64,000 nucleotides of DNA, from positions 7,237 through 71,236 of the forward strand of contig CAYPKR010000003.1 of the NCBI GenBank assembly GCA_964411375.1. Direction: 5' to 3'. The first letter of the stretch is position 1. Each line of letters opens with the position of its first letter. This DNA is from an uncultured Candidatus Saccharibacteria bacterium (GTDB taxonomy: Bacteria > Patescibacteriota > Minisyncoccia > Phycocordibacterales > UBA12088). Of this stretch, positions 29,868 to 39,467 are shown piece by piece. Under the pieces are notes generated by a model. That model had not been told where the DNA came from. It did no database searches and saw only the letters and a list, made by a program, of their open reading frames with translations. A program made the translations under genes and the position numbers.

Positions 29868-30515
29868 TTATTTACGAAGCTCGAGAATGGCGAGCCCGAG
29901 GGGAAGGGGCTGAATAAGAAATGCGCGTGCCTTCGGGGTCACTTGCATTCCGATTCGACGAAGTTGTTTTTTGTTATAAAACACCTGATCAGTCCATGGC
30001 CAAAATGGGCGAAGGATTTTTGGTCGAGTCAAAATGTACCACACATGATGATATGAATAGCGATAAGGAACGCTGATGAGCGCAACGCCTCCTGGCTTCA
30101 GCGCACGAAAATGGCTTTTTGCGATATCAACCGGATTTTGAAAATGTTCCATAAGGCCTTGGCTCCAGACGACATCATATTCTTCCTTAAATGGATAGGT
30201 GAGACAATCGCCCAAGATAAAATGTGCGTTGGTCACCCCATTTCGTTTCGCAACATCTTCTGAAAGACGAATAGACGCTTCGGTGATATCAAGTCCAACC
30301 GCCTCCTTGATCTTTGGTGCAATCTGAATGAGTAGCGATGATGTTCCAGAGCCAAGCTCTAAAAATCGACTTTCCGGCTTCAAATAGCGGCGAAACATCC
30401 GCAAAAAGAAATAGTTATAGACATGGCGGCCGGCATTAACCATTCGGGTAAGGAGCCCTTCGCGGACCCATATTCTCTGCCATTCCGCCTCCTGATCTAG
30501 TTTTCGTAACTCCAT
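29868..30515 (-). CDS. class I SAM methyltransferase
   Basis: LELGSGTS, GLD, GLMEHF and LKPGG. Confidence 0.85.
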   Translation of the reverse strand: MELRKLDQEAEWQRIWVREGLLTRMVNAGRHVYNYFFLRMFRRYLKPESRFLELGSGTSSLLIQIAPKIKEAVGLDITEASIRLSEDVAKRNGVTNAHFILGDCLTYPFKEEYDVVWSQGLMEHFQNPVDIAKSHFRALKPGGVALISVPYRYSYHHVWYILTRPKILRPFWPWTDQVFYNKKQLRRIGMQVTPKARAFLIQPLPLGLAILELRK

Positions 30516-30620
30516 GATATTTACGGTATACTCACGAATAGTAACAGTCCTCTACCGAAACCTCAAACCATCTACCATTGTTACTCACTAGCTGTCGGAT
30601 TCTCACTATCATCAATCATC

Positions 30621-32447
30621 ATGTGCGGCATTAACGGTTTTACTTTTGAAGATGTACGCCTCATCAAGAAGATGAATGCGACGACCGCACATCGCGGTCC
30701 GGACGGCGAAGGAGCGCTCGCTGAAGAGGGAATTTCTTTGGGACATAATCGACTCGCAATTATCGATCTTGATCCGAGGGCTAAGCAGCCGATGGAAAGC
30801 GCGGATCATACACTCGCAATCGTCTTCAATGGTGAAATTTATAATTTTAAGGAGCTCAAGCGCGAGCTAACTGAATATACATTCAAAACAGAAAGCGATA
30901 CTGAAGTCATTCTTGCGGCGTATCAAAAGTGGGGAAGAATGTGTGTTGAAAAAATGAATGGTATGTTTGCCTTCGCGATTTGGGATCGTAATCGTCATGA
31001 ATTATTTTTGGCGCGCGATCATATTGGCATCAAACCGCTCTACTACTACACGGACGGAAAGAAGTTTATTTTTTCTTCCGAAATAAAAGCGATACTCGCG
31101 CATAATATTCCACGCACGGTAAATAAAACTGCATTCTCTGAATATCTGCGACTTCTCTATGTTCCTGAACCGCAAACGATGTTTGAAGGTATTTTTAAAT
31201 TTCCTCCGGCACACCGAGGTGTTGTTCGCGGTGGTACGCTCCGCATGGAGCGATATTGGAGCGTCGATCCACTCACTAAAAATACTGATGGAGTAGAAGA
31301 ACAAAAAGAAACAATTCGTGATCTAGTTGATTCCGCAGTGGAGCGTCAATTGGTATCGGACCGACCCCTCGGCGTATTTCTCTCTGGTGGAATTGATTCG
31401 AGCATTGTTGTCGATTCGATGTCCAGGCTCGGTGGATCGATTGAAACTTTTTCAGTTGGATTTGATCTTTCTGAATCCGAACAATCAGAAAAATTTAACG
31501 CCGATGTTTCCCTCGCCAAACGCACCGCTGAACACTACGGTACGAAACATCACGAGGTCTATTTGAAAGGAGATGATGTTGTGTCTCTTCTCACTAAAAG
31601 TGTCGTCAGTATGGACGAGCCAATTGCGAATGCGACTGCCCTCACACAATTTAAACTTGCAGAATTTGCACGTCAGTCGGTTGTTGTCGCGCTCGGCGGG
31701 GACGGAGGAGATGAACTATTTGGCGGATACGATCGCTATCGACTCGCATATATTTCATCCAAATACCACTTGGCTCCGTCTTTTTTGCGGAATATTTTAG
31801 GATCAATCGTTCCGTCGCTCAAAAAACTGGAAACTGATCCAGACATTTCTCGTTTCGCAAGGTTTTTATTTCAAAAAGATGAAACACTCCAGTCCGTCGT
31901 TCGACCAGAATATAGTACGGATGCGGCATCAATACTCTTCGCTCCACAATTTAAGGGAGCAAGCGAAGAAACATTTCTTGATTTATTCATGGATGTCGAT
32001 CGCCAAAGTTGGCTCGTTGATGAATCGCTTATGCGCTCTGACAAAATGAGTATGGCATCGGGACTTGAAATGCGTGTGCCACTTCTTGATATCGACATCG
32101 TTGAATACGCCGCTTCAATTAAGGCGACTGACAAAGTATCGTTTCGAGATACCAAGCGCATTTTGAAGGACGCATTTCGTGATCGACTTCCTGGATATTT
32201 ATTTACCGAGCCAAAACGCGGTTGGTTTTCTCCTGCAGCGAAGTGGCTCCGCCGTCCCGAAGTATCGCGCTTTGTCGACGAAGTACTCAATCCGTCCTAT
32301 TATCCGCCCACTTCCAGGCTCTTTCAGTTTGACGGTGTTCGTGAAATGCTTGATCGTCACCGTGACGGAAAGGCATATAATCTGACCATGCTCTGGGCGA
32401 TCATTGTTTTCCAGATTTGGGCGAAAGAATATAAGGTCACGATCTAA
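30621..32447 (+). CDS. asnB: asparagine-synthase-like glutamine amidotransferase, copy 2
   Basis: MCGING, HRGPD, FNGEIYN, LSGGIDSS, GDGGDELFGGY and DKMSMASGLE-x-RVP. Confidence 0.9.
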   Translation: MCGINGFTFEDVRLIKKMNATTAHRGPDGEGALAEEGISLGHNRLAIIDLDPRAKQPMESADHTLAIVFNGEIYNFKELKRELTEYTFKTESDTEVILAAYQKWGRMCVEKMNGMFAFAIWDRNRHELFLARDHIGIKPLYYYTDGKKFIFSSEIKAILAHNIPRTVNKTAFSEYLRLLYVPEPQTMFEGIFKFPPAHRGVVRGGTLRMERYWSVDPLTKNTDGVEEQKETIRDLVDSAVERQLVSDRPLGVFLSGGIDSSIVVDSMSRLGGSIETFSVGFDLSESEQSEKFNADVSLAKRTAEHYGTKHHEVYLKGDDVVSLLTKSVVSMDEPIANATALTQFKLAEFARQSVVVALGGDGGDELFGGYDRYRLAYISSKYHLAPSFLRNILGSIVPSLKKLETDPDISRFARFLFQKDETLQSVVRPEYSTDAASILFAPQFKGASEETFLDLFMDVDRQSWLVDESLMRSDKMSMASGLEMRVPLLDIDIVEYAASIKATDKVSFRDTKRILKDAFRDRLPGYLFTEPKRGWFSPAAKWLRRPEVSRFVDEVLNPSYYPPTSRLFQFDGVREMLDRHRDGKAYNLTMLWAIIVFQIWAKEYKVTI

Positions 32448-32448
32448 T

Positions 32449-33663
32449 ATGAAAATTCTTGCGGTCACTCCGCCATTTCATCAAAAAAGCACTGGTGCGG
32501 CGGAACACGATATTATTGCCGGTATCAAATTACTTACGGAAATGGGTCACGACGTTTCGGTGGCAGTTTTGAGTCCTTCCTATTATGATTCTGCTCGCGC
32601 ACTCGAATTAGTTCCAAAAGGAGTAGCAGTATTTCCATACACGCCGCCTGCGGGCAATTTTTCAAAGTGGCTTGTTGCGTCTATTCGAAAGCCTGCGCTA
32701 TTCGATCGTGCCGCGTATAGTTTTTGGCAGATGACTGAAGATTCGAATTTCCAGAAATTTTTTGACACACAAAATCCAGACCTTGTCATTTCGTGGTGTT
32801 CGTATTCATGGCCAGCGCTGTATTTTGGAAGAAAGAAAAAAATTACAACCGTATTTCGTTCGCATAATTACGAACCGAGCTTCTTCTTCGAAGCGCTGAC
32901 GGGATTTGAAGTCTACTCACCCCTAAACTGGATTCGCCGAATTGCAAAGTGGATGGGGGAACGAAGTGCTGTTCGTTTTGCTGATTCAGTTGCGACTATT
33001 CCATTTGCGCAAGCGTCACTCTACAAGGAGTGGCGAAATCCAAGGGACATTGAAATACTCACTCTTATTTTTTTAGGAAGTCGGTTACAATCATCATTTG
33101 TTCATGCGAGCAAAAAGCCGCTCGACGTTTTTTATCTTGGTGCCAATTACAATGTTGCATTTCATCTTCGTGGAGTTGAATCGATCATCTCGCATATTGC
33201 GCCTGAAGTGATTGCACGCGCTCCTGGCGCATTTCGTTTCCATATTTGCGGATCAAAACTGCCCGAACGGTTAGTGAAACAGTGCGATGGAGTGAATATT
33301 ATCTACGAAGGATATGTCGATGATTTTAATGAATTTATGAGTCGTATGGATATTGGCGCATTTCCAGTCCGTACCGGAAAATCGATGAAGGGAAAAGTAT
33401 TTGAAACGATCTCGCGTGCGTTCCCCGTTGTCATTGCACCGAATTGCCTCGGCGGCTACGATATACAAAACGGAGAAGAAGCGTTGGTGCGGGAATCGAA
33501 TGAAGAATTTGCTGATGCAATTATCTCTCTTCAGGATGATGCGCTTCGAAAAAAACTTTCTGAAGGTGCGGCAGCATTTGCGAGACGGGAATTTGGAGAA
33601 ACACACATTCGAAGTGTTATGGAACGATCAATTACACGAGCAGTCGAAAATCACACAAACTAA
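32449..33663 (+). CDS. GT-B (GT4-like) glycosyltransferase
   Basis: HNYE, GYVDD and MKGKVFE; start at MKILAV. Confidence 0.7.
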   Translation: MKILAVTPPFHQKSTGAAEHDIIAGIKLLTEMGHDVSVAVLSPSYYDSARALELVPKGVAVFPYTPPAGNFSKWLVASIRKPALFDRAAYSFWQMTEDSNFQKFFDTQNPDLVISWCSYSWPALYFGRKKKITTVFRSHNYEPSFFFEALTGFEVYSPLNWIRRIAKWMGERSAVRFADSVATIPFAQASLYKEWRNPRDIEILTLIFLGSRLQSSFVHASKKPLDVFYLGANYNVAFHLRGVESIISHIAPEVIARAPGAFRFHICGSKLPERLVKQCDGVNIIYEGYVDDFNEFMSRMDIGAFPVRTGKSMKGKVFETISRAFPVVIAPNCLGGYDIQNGEEALVRESNEEFADAIISLQDDALRKKLSEGAAAFARREFGETHIRSVMERSITRAVENHTN

Positions 33664-33664
33664 T

Positions 33665-34270
33665 ATGTCGCATTGGGAACAATTCATGCGTGAAAAACTC
33701 ACGCGTATCTTTTCGGAGAATACGGAAGTCATCGATATCGGCGGGAGTCTTCGTATTCGTGGCAATTGGATCACTAATGATTACGAATGGCTGAAGCCTG
33801 CGGTCGAAAAAGTGACGTATAAAATTCTCGATCCCGTTCCTGATTACCATCCAGATATTGTGGGCGATATTCACGCGCTTCCGTTTAAGGATAACGAGGT
33901 TTCCGCGTTTCTTTGTATCGCAGTCATGGAGCATATTGAAAATCCGCATGTTGCTGCGCATGAACTCTATCGCACCCTAAAGAAGGGTGGCATGTGCTAC
34001 GTGTATGTTCCTTTTTTGTATCCATATCATGCTGAGCGCGGATATTACGGTGATTTCTGGCGCTACACCGAAGAAGCGCTTCGACATATTTTTAAAGAAT
34101 TTCCGACAATTGAAATCGTTAATGTGCGAGGTGCTTTGGAAACATGGATTTATTTGTCACCATTTCGCAGGATTCCCGGCATCCAACCACTCTCGCGGTT
34201 TTTGGATAGAATCCTGGGCAAATCGAGGAGCAAACAAACCAGCGGCTACCAAGTATTTTTACAAAAGTAG
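33665..34270 (+). CDS. methyltransferase (type 11-like)
   Basis: IDIGG, GDIHALPF, VMEHIENP, LKKGG and DFWRYT. Confidence 0.8.
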   Translation: MSHWEQFMREKLTRIFSENTEVIDIGGSLRIRGNWITNDYEWLKPAVEKVTYKILDPVPDYHPDIVGDIHALPFKDNEVSAFLCIAVMEHIENPHVAAHELYRTLKKGGMCYVYVPFLYPYHAERGYYGDFWRYTEEALRHIFKEFPTIEIVNVRGALETWIYLSPFRRIPGIQPLSRFLDRILGKSRSKQTSGYQVFLQK

Positions 34271-34335
34271 AAAAGTGTTTTCTACTGTCGCACCTTTTAG
34301 GCAGAAATCCAGTTTCTGATAGTATTAGGCATTCT

Positions 34336-35292
34336 ATGAATGAGCAGATAGTCATTGTTGGCTTCGGATGGGTTGGTCAGGCAAACGCGCTCGCGCTCCG
34401 GTTGATGGGCTATTCGGTATCCTATTTTGATCCGGGTACGCCACCGCTCCACTATGAAAAAAAATATAAAGACACGTATGCCGAGCTCAAGCGAATTTCT
34501 AGGGTTACTGAAAAAGATTCACCGAAGACTGTCTATGTCGTCTGCGTGGGTGACCGAGTTTCAGAAGAAGGCGTACAAGATATCTCTCTCATCGTAAGTG
34601 CACTCAACTCTTTGAAAGGTACAAAGGGGCGCGTGGTACTTCGTTCAACCATTATTCCCGCAACACTCAAATCCCTCGACTTCGATTTTTATGTTCCTGA
34701 ATTTTTGCACGAGAAAAAAGCAGTCGAAGAATGCATCACTCCGTATTATTTTGTGATTGGACGAGATACTCCAAATATTCTCGAACCAAACTTCTTCGGT
34801 GAATGGGAGAAGCGCGCGCTTCGCACATTCCGTGGAACACCCAAGGAGGCATCTCATATCAAATATCTCTCCAACTTGTGGAACGCGCTTCGTATTGCCT
34901 TTGTTAACGAATATGGTTCGACCACTACTGAACCTTCTTCAAAAGAAGCGGTCGAAGAAATAGAACACATCATCGGTTATCTATTTGAAGACAAACCATA
35001 TCTTCGCTACGGCCGATCATTCGGTGGACATTGTTTGCCAAAAGATACGCGCGCGTATGCACACTGGCAGGAGAGCGAAGGAAAGAATGTGCCACTCATT
35101 AAAAGCATGCTTGCATCAAACGCGCTTCATATTGAACGTGAGAAAAAGTTCTCCAATCTTACTGAATGGTTTTCAGAATGGCAGCGTCCCGCGCTCTCTG
35201 GCTGGGTAGCGCTGCAGAGTCTCGCGCTCTCAATTAAGCGCAATATTACCCACCCGGGGAAGACGCTTGCAGGAAATCACCGTGTCGATTGA
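34336..35292 (+). CDS. short UDP-glucose/GDP-mannose dehydrogenase family protein, copy 2
   Basis: VGFGWVG, LRST, PEFL, KY-x-x-N..AFVNE and FGGHCLPKD. Confidence 0.85.
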   Translation: MNEQIVIVGFGWVGQANALALRLMGYSVSYFDPGTPPLHYEKKYKDTYAELKRISRVTEKDSPKTVYVVCVGDRVSEEGVQDISLIVSALNSLKGTKGRVVLRSTIIPATLKSLDFDFYVPEFLHEKKAVEECITPYYFVIGRDTPNILEPNFFGEWEKRALRTFRGTPKEASHIKYLSNLWNALRIAFVNEYGSTTTEPSSKEAVEEIEHIIGYLFEDKPYLRYGRSFGGHCLPKDTRAYAHWQESEGKNVPLIKSMLASNALHIEREKKFSNLTEWFSEWQRPALSGWVALQSLALSIKRNITHPGKTLAGNHRVD

Positions 35293-35325
35293 CTACTTGG
35301 TACAGATACGTAAAATCGGAACACT

Positions 35326-36312
35326 ATGACTAAAGTATTAGTAACCGGCGGCTCAGGTTTTGTTGGTGGGCACCTCGCGAATCACCTCCTCGATCGCGGG
35401 TATGAGGTTGTGATCACTGACAATTTTTTTCGTGGCCGAAGGGATGCTGATTTTGAGACACTTCTCAAGCGTCCCGGCGTTTCGTTTATCGAAGCAGATT
35501 TAACTAAACGCGAAGACTGGAACAAGCTCGGCGGTGGATACGAACACGTCTATCATCTTGCGGCAGTAAATGGCACCGGACTTTTTTATGAAATTCCGCA
35601 CGAAGTTTTGCGCATCAACATTCAGACAATGTTCAACGTCGTTGAGTGGATGCATGAAATGAATCGTGGCGGAAAACTCCTATTCACTTCGTCAAACGAA
35701 CTCTATGCAGGTGCGAGGGAAGCATTCGATATCTTGCCGATTCCAACGAACGAAAATGTGCCGGCAGTTATTCCTGATATCCAAAATCCGCGCTGGACCT
35801 ACGCAAGCTCCAAACTGATTGGTGAGCAGATCTGTATTCACTATGCGAAGGCATACAATTTTCGAATGGTCATTGTGCGTCCGCACAATTTTTACGGTCC
35901 GCGTGCCGGCTATAATCATGTTATTCCGCAATTCATCGAACGCATCGGCAAAAAGATGGATCCGTTTCCTGTCTACGGTCTCCATGACAAACGATCGTTT
36001 TGTTATATCGATGATGCAGTTCGCGCGATGCGGCTTGTAATGGAGAGTCCGCGAACTGATGGCGGCACCTACCACATCGGATCGGAAGAAGAGCGAAAGA
36101 TTTTGAATATTGCCGAAGTGCTTTTTACTGCGATGCAATTTATTCCGAAGCAGATCATCGCGCATCCGTCTCCCGCAGGAAGCGTGAAGCGTCGCCTTCC
36201 CGACATCTCGAAACTAAAGCGCGATATCGATTGGGAACACGAAACAACCTTTGAAGAGGGAATCAGAAAAACGATTGATTGGTATCTTGCCAATCCGAAG
36301 TCGGATAAGTAA
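35326..36312 (+). CDS. NAD-dependent sugar-nucleotide epimerase/dehydratase
   Basis: LVTGGSGFVG, HLAA, RWTYASSK, RPHNFYGPR and RSFCYIDD. Confidence 0.9.
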   Translation: MTKVLVTGGSGFVGGHLANHLLDRGYEVVITDNFFRGRRDADFETLLKRPGVSFIEADLTKREDWNKLGGGYEHVYHLAAVNGTGLFYEIPHEVLRINIQTMFNVVEWMHEMNRGGKLLFTSSNELYAGAREAFDILPIPTNENVPAVIPDIQNPRWTYASSKLIGEQICIHYAKAYNFRMVIVRPHNFYGPRAGYNHVIPQFIERIGKKMDPFPVYGLHDKRSFCYIDDAVRAMRLVMESPRTDGGTYHIGSEEERKILNIAEVLFTAMQFIPKQIIAHPSPAGSVKRRLPDISKLKRDIDWEHETTFEEGIRKTIDWYLANPKSDK

Positions 36313-36338
36313 AAACTGCGCACGAGGCGCAGTTTTTA
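36310..36338. terminator. bidirectional terminator between convergent genes
   Basis: TAAAAACTGCGC-ACGAG-GCGCAGTTTTTA. Confidence 0.8.
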
Positions 36339-36977
36339 TATACCCGAAACTAATTTTTCTTCCCCGTCTTTTATCGAAACAATATCGCCGCTTTTGTAGG
36401 CGCTTTCTTCAGAGATGATTTTATGCGCGATATCTGCAATGAGTGCCGGACTCTGTTTAGTGGAGGAATCATGCGCGAGGCGTTCGCGCATTTGTGTGTT
36501 CGTCGGACCCGGACAAATGGAGATAAACGAAAATTCGGAGCGGTTGCGCGCCAAGCCTTGCGCCAAATTATTCACCGCGGCTTTAGATGCGGAATATGCG
36601 GCAGTTCTGCCATTCGCCTCCACACCTGCGGAAGATGAAAGAAAAATCATTCCACCGCCTTGGTTTAAATCTTTTAGAAAATATTTAGCGATGTAGATGA
36701 GGGATAGGGAATTGATCTTGAATGTTGTTTCAATTGCTTCGACTGATTGTTTCTCTAAATCAGTTTCGGTGTCGATATATCCATGCGCGCAAACAATCCA
36801 GTCAATTTTTGTCCCTTCGGCTGAGATTTTTTGCTCCAATTTTTCAATATCGGAATATGACGAAAGATCGGCGTCAGCGCGGGTAATCGGTATCACCTCG
36901 TTTCCTGCTGTTTCGAGCGTTTCTTTAATTGCGCTCCCGATTCCACCATCCGCACCGGTCAGAAGAATTGTTTTCAT
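36336..36977 (-). CDS. SDR-family oxidoreductase
   Basis: LLTGADGGIG, SS, YSASK and PGPTNT; start at MKTILL. Confidence 0.85.
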   Translation of the reverse strand: MKTILLTGADGGIGSAIKETLETAGNEVIPITRADADLSSYSDIEKLEQKISAEGTKIDWIVCAHGYIDTETDLEKQSVEAIETTFKINSLSLIYIAKYFLKDLNQGGGMIFLSSSAGVEANGRTAAYSASKAAVNNLAQGLARNRSEFSFISICPGPTNTQMRERLAHDSSTKQSPALIADIAHKIISEESAYKSGDIVSIKDGEEKLVSGI

Positions 36978-37017
36978 GTTGTCAGTATGCCAGAAATTTC
37001 TGCTAATAAAAAAGTAG

Positions 37018-37039
37018 CCCGGTCGCGCGAGCGACCGGG
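37018..37039 (-). terminator. intrinsic terminator of the Nudix-like gene
   Basis: CCCGGTCGC-GCGA-GCGACCGGG, followed by a T-run on the minus strand. Confidence 0.7.
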
Positions 37040-37060
37040 GACTTTGTGAAAGAGATAAGA

Positions 37061-37682
37061 TTAAAGACCGTGTGGCCGACTTTCTCCCCACCGAATGCAG
37101 GCGGCAACCAATTCACGTTGGTCATAACCGAATTCAGATACGGAAGGAAGTTTGTCGATTGTATACCACTCGGTACTCGTCGCTTCTTGTCCGCCGTGGG
37201 CGGTTGCACCGAACAGAAAATCTTCGCTCAAGATTTCAACTGGGTAATAGAGCGAGATTGCATGTTTCCCCCCAGGAACTTCTGGAAGAAAACCCGTAGG
37301 CGGCTCCCCACCAGGTTGGGTCGGAATCCACTGGCCGACGGTGATTGGTTTGGACCAAGGAACCAGTAACTGAATATCAACCCCGAGATCAATCTTAAAC
37401 TGACGCCGAAGACAATCTTTCACACCCTCGCCGTGCCTTACCTTTCCGCCAATAGAACAGAGCTTCCCCGCGAAGTGGCCAGTACCGCGTCGAATCACCA
37501 TACCTTCGATTTTACCGCGGTTATTCCGCCGAACCGGAACTCCATCGGTGCAGATGATGGGCTGGATAGCTTCCACAACCTTGTAGACAGGAAAGGAAGG
37601 GATCCTGCCGTCGGGCATCGATCAATGTGCGATAGCGAAGTTCGTTGGCGAGGTCGTCGGTCGAAACTCCACTCAGATCCAT
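37061..37682 (-). pseudogene. Nudix-fold protein with a degenerate Nudix box (DUF4916-like); apparent 1-nt frameshift near 37622
   Basis: The body ORF 37618-37061 has GGKVRHGE..RRQFKIDLG; the GGAGGA-preceded ATG at 37682 is in another frame; promoter TTGACG-17-TACTTT at 37759-37731. Confidence 0.55.
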
Positions 37683-37816
37683 TGGATTTCCTCCACTTTC
37701 GATCTATCTGGTTAGATTAACGCCTTCGCGAAAGTACCATACAATACATGTATCGTCAATAGAATGGCGAAACGCACTCCGTTGTGATTCTCGAATCAGT
37801 TCGTTATAGTGAGCGC

Positions 37817-39019
37817 ATGCCAACAACTCGCTGTCTCTTGTGCAATTCACTCAATCTTGCTCCGATTATTAATCTCGGTTTTCATCCGCTTGCCGACACC
37901 TTTCTCAAACAGGAACAGCTCTCCGCAATGGAGCCGACGTATCCTTTGACCGTATCGCTCTGTATGAATTGCGGACATGCGATGGAAGGATTCATCGTGC
38001 CGCCTGAAGTTCGCTACCAAGAAAACGACTACAGCTACGACTCGGGAAATTCAAAAGTCTCGATTAACCATTTCAATGAATTCGCTAAAGAAGTCGGTGA
38101 GAAATATTCTCTGACCGACAAAGATCTCGTCGTCGATATCGGCAGCAATGTCGGCACGCTGCTCGAAGGATTCCGCTCGCAGTTTAATACGCCGGTTCTC
38201 GGCGTCGAGCCAGCGCCGAACATGGCGAACATTGCGGATGAGCGAAACGTTCCGACCATCCACGGATTTTTTGACGCGAAAGCGGCTGCCGAAATACAGA
38301 GCAAAGGCGGTGCAAAAGTAATAACCGCGACCAATGTCTACAATCATATCGGTGATCTCGACACCTTTATGAACGATATCAAAACCGCGCTTCGTCCCGA
38401 CGGCGTATTTATTTTTGAAGCACCCTACCTGAAACTGTTGGTAGACAAGATGGCGTTCGACACGATCTATCTCGAACACACGTCATACTTTGCTGTGAAG
38501 CCTCTCGCCGCGTTTTATGCGAAGCGCGGATTTGCGATTACCGATGTCATTACGAATGATTATATGGGCGGCTCAATGCGCATGACGGTTGCGCTTGGAG
38601 ATACTCACGCACCGATTGTCGCCGAGATGGTAACTAATGAAGAAGCGATGCAGTTATTTAGTGTAGAAATGTACAAAGGATTTCAGGAAAAGGTTAATGC
38701 GTTTAAAGTGGATCTTTTGGATCAGCTCATTACTGCAAAGAAGGCAGGTGGAAAAATTATCGGCATCGGTGCGGCGACTAAAGGAAACACGTTGCTTAAT
38801 TTTTGCGAAATTGATTCAACACTCCTTGAGTTCGTTACCGATTCTTCTCCGTACAAAATTGGAAAGTATACGCCGGGCTCGCATATTCCGATCAAGCCGG
38901 ACGAAGCGATTACGTCGGAGATTACCCACGCACTTATTTTGCCGTGGAATATCGCAGAATTTTTGAAAGGGAAACTCGGGCACTCAAATCTCAAGTTTAT
39001 TACGCCGCACATGGATTAA
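37817..39019 (+). CDS. NDP-sugar C-methyltransferase family protein
   Basis: CLLC..CMNC zinc site, VDIGSN-x-GTLL, FDTIYLEH, GAATKGNTLL, K-x-GKYTPGSHIPI and LPWN. Confidence 0.85.
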   Translation: MPTTRCLLCNSLNLAPIINLGFHPLADTFLKQEQLSAMEPTYPLTVSLCMNCGHAMEGFIVPPEVRYQENDYSYDSGNSKVSINHFNEFAKEVGEKYSLTDKDLVVDIGSNVGTLLEGFRSQFNTPVLGVEPAPNMANIADERNVPTIHGFFDAKAAAEIQSKGGAKVITATNVYNHIGDLDTFMNDIKTALRPDGVFIFEAPYLKLLVDKMAFDTIYLEHTSYFAVKPLAAFYAKRGFAITDVITNDYMGGSMRMTVALGDTHAPIVAEMVTNEEAMQLFSVEMYKGFQEKVNAFKVDLLDQLITAKKAGGKIIGIGAATKGNTLLNFCEIDSTLLEFVTDSSPYKIGKYTPGSHIPIKPDEAITSEITHALILPWNIAEFLKGKLGHSNLKFITPHMD

Positions 39020-39047
39020 CATAGTAATAATTACGTAATTAACGATT

Positions 39048-39443
39048 ATGAAGTTAGAGAAAAAGCCGGTAAATTTTGAAGATGCGCGCGGCACGATTAT
39101 GGACATTATTGTCGGTGAGCCGCGCGAACACTGCACGATTATTTTCACCAAAGTAGGAGGAGTTCGCGGCAATCATTACCACAAACAATCTCAGCAATCA
39201 GACTTTTTGGTTTCTGGTCATATGAAGGTATACGGTCGCAAAAATAACGAAGGCGAAATTGTTGAAGCAGATTTTATGCCGAACGATTACGTCGAATGGG
39301 ATGCAGGTGAATCCCACGAATTTGTTGCGGTTGAGGATTCAGTCTTTATCACATTCGTAAACGGTCCGCGTGGTGGCGAGGCATTTGAGTCGGATACCTT
39401 CCGTCTCGATGTGCCCCTCCATGAAGAATTTGCCAAACAGTAA
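39048..39443 (+). CDS. cupin-fold sugar-nucleotide isomerase/epimerase-like protein
   Basis: FEDARG and RGNHYHK..SG..H. Confidence 0.75.
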   Translation: MKLEKKPVNFEDARGTIMDIIVGEPREHCTIIFTKVGGVRGNHYHKQSQQSDFLVSGHMKVYGRKNNEGEIVEADFMPNDYVEWDAGESHEFVAVEDSVFITFVNGPRGGEAFESDTFRLDVPLHEEFAKQ

Positions 39444-39467
39444 GGCACCAAGTAGTATCGAACCACA

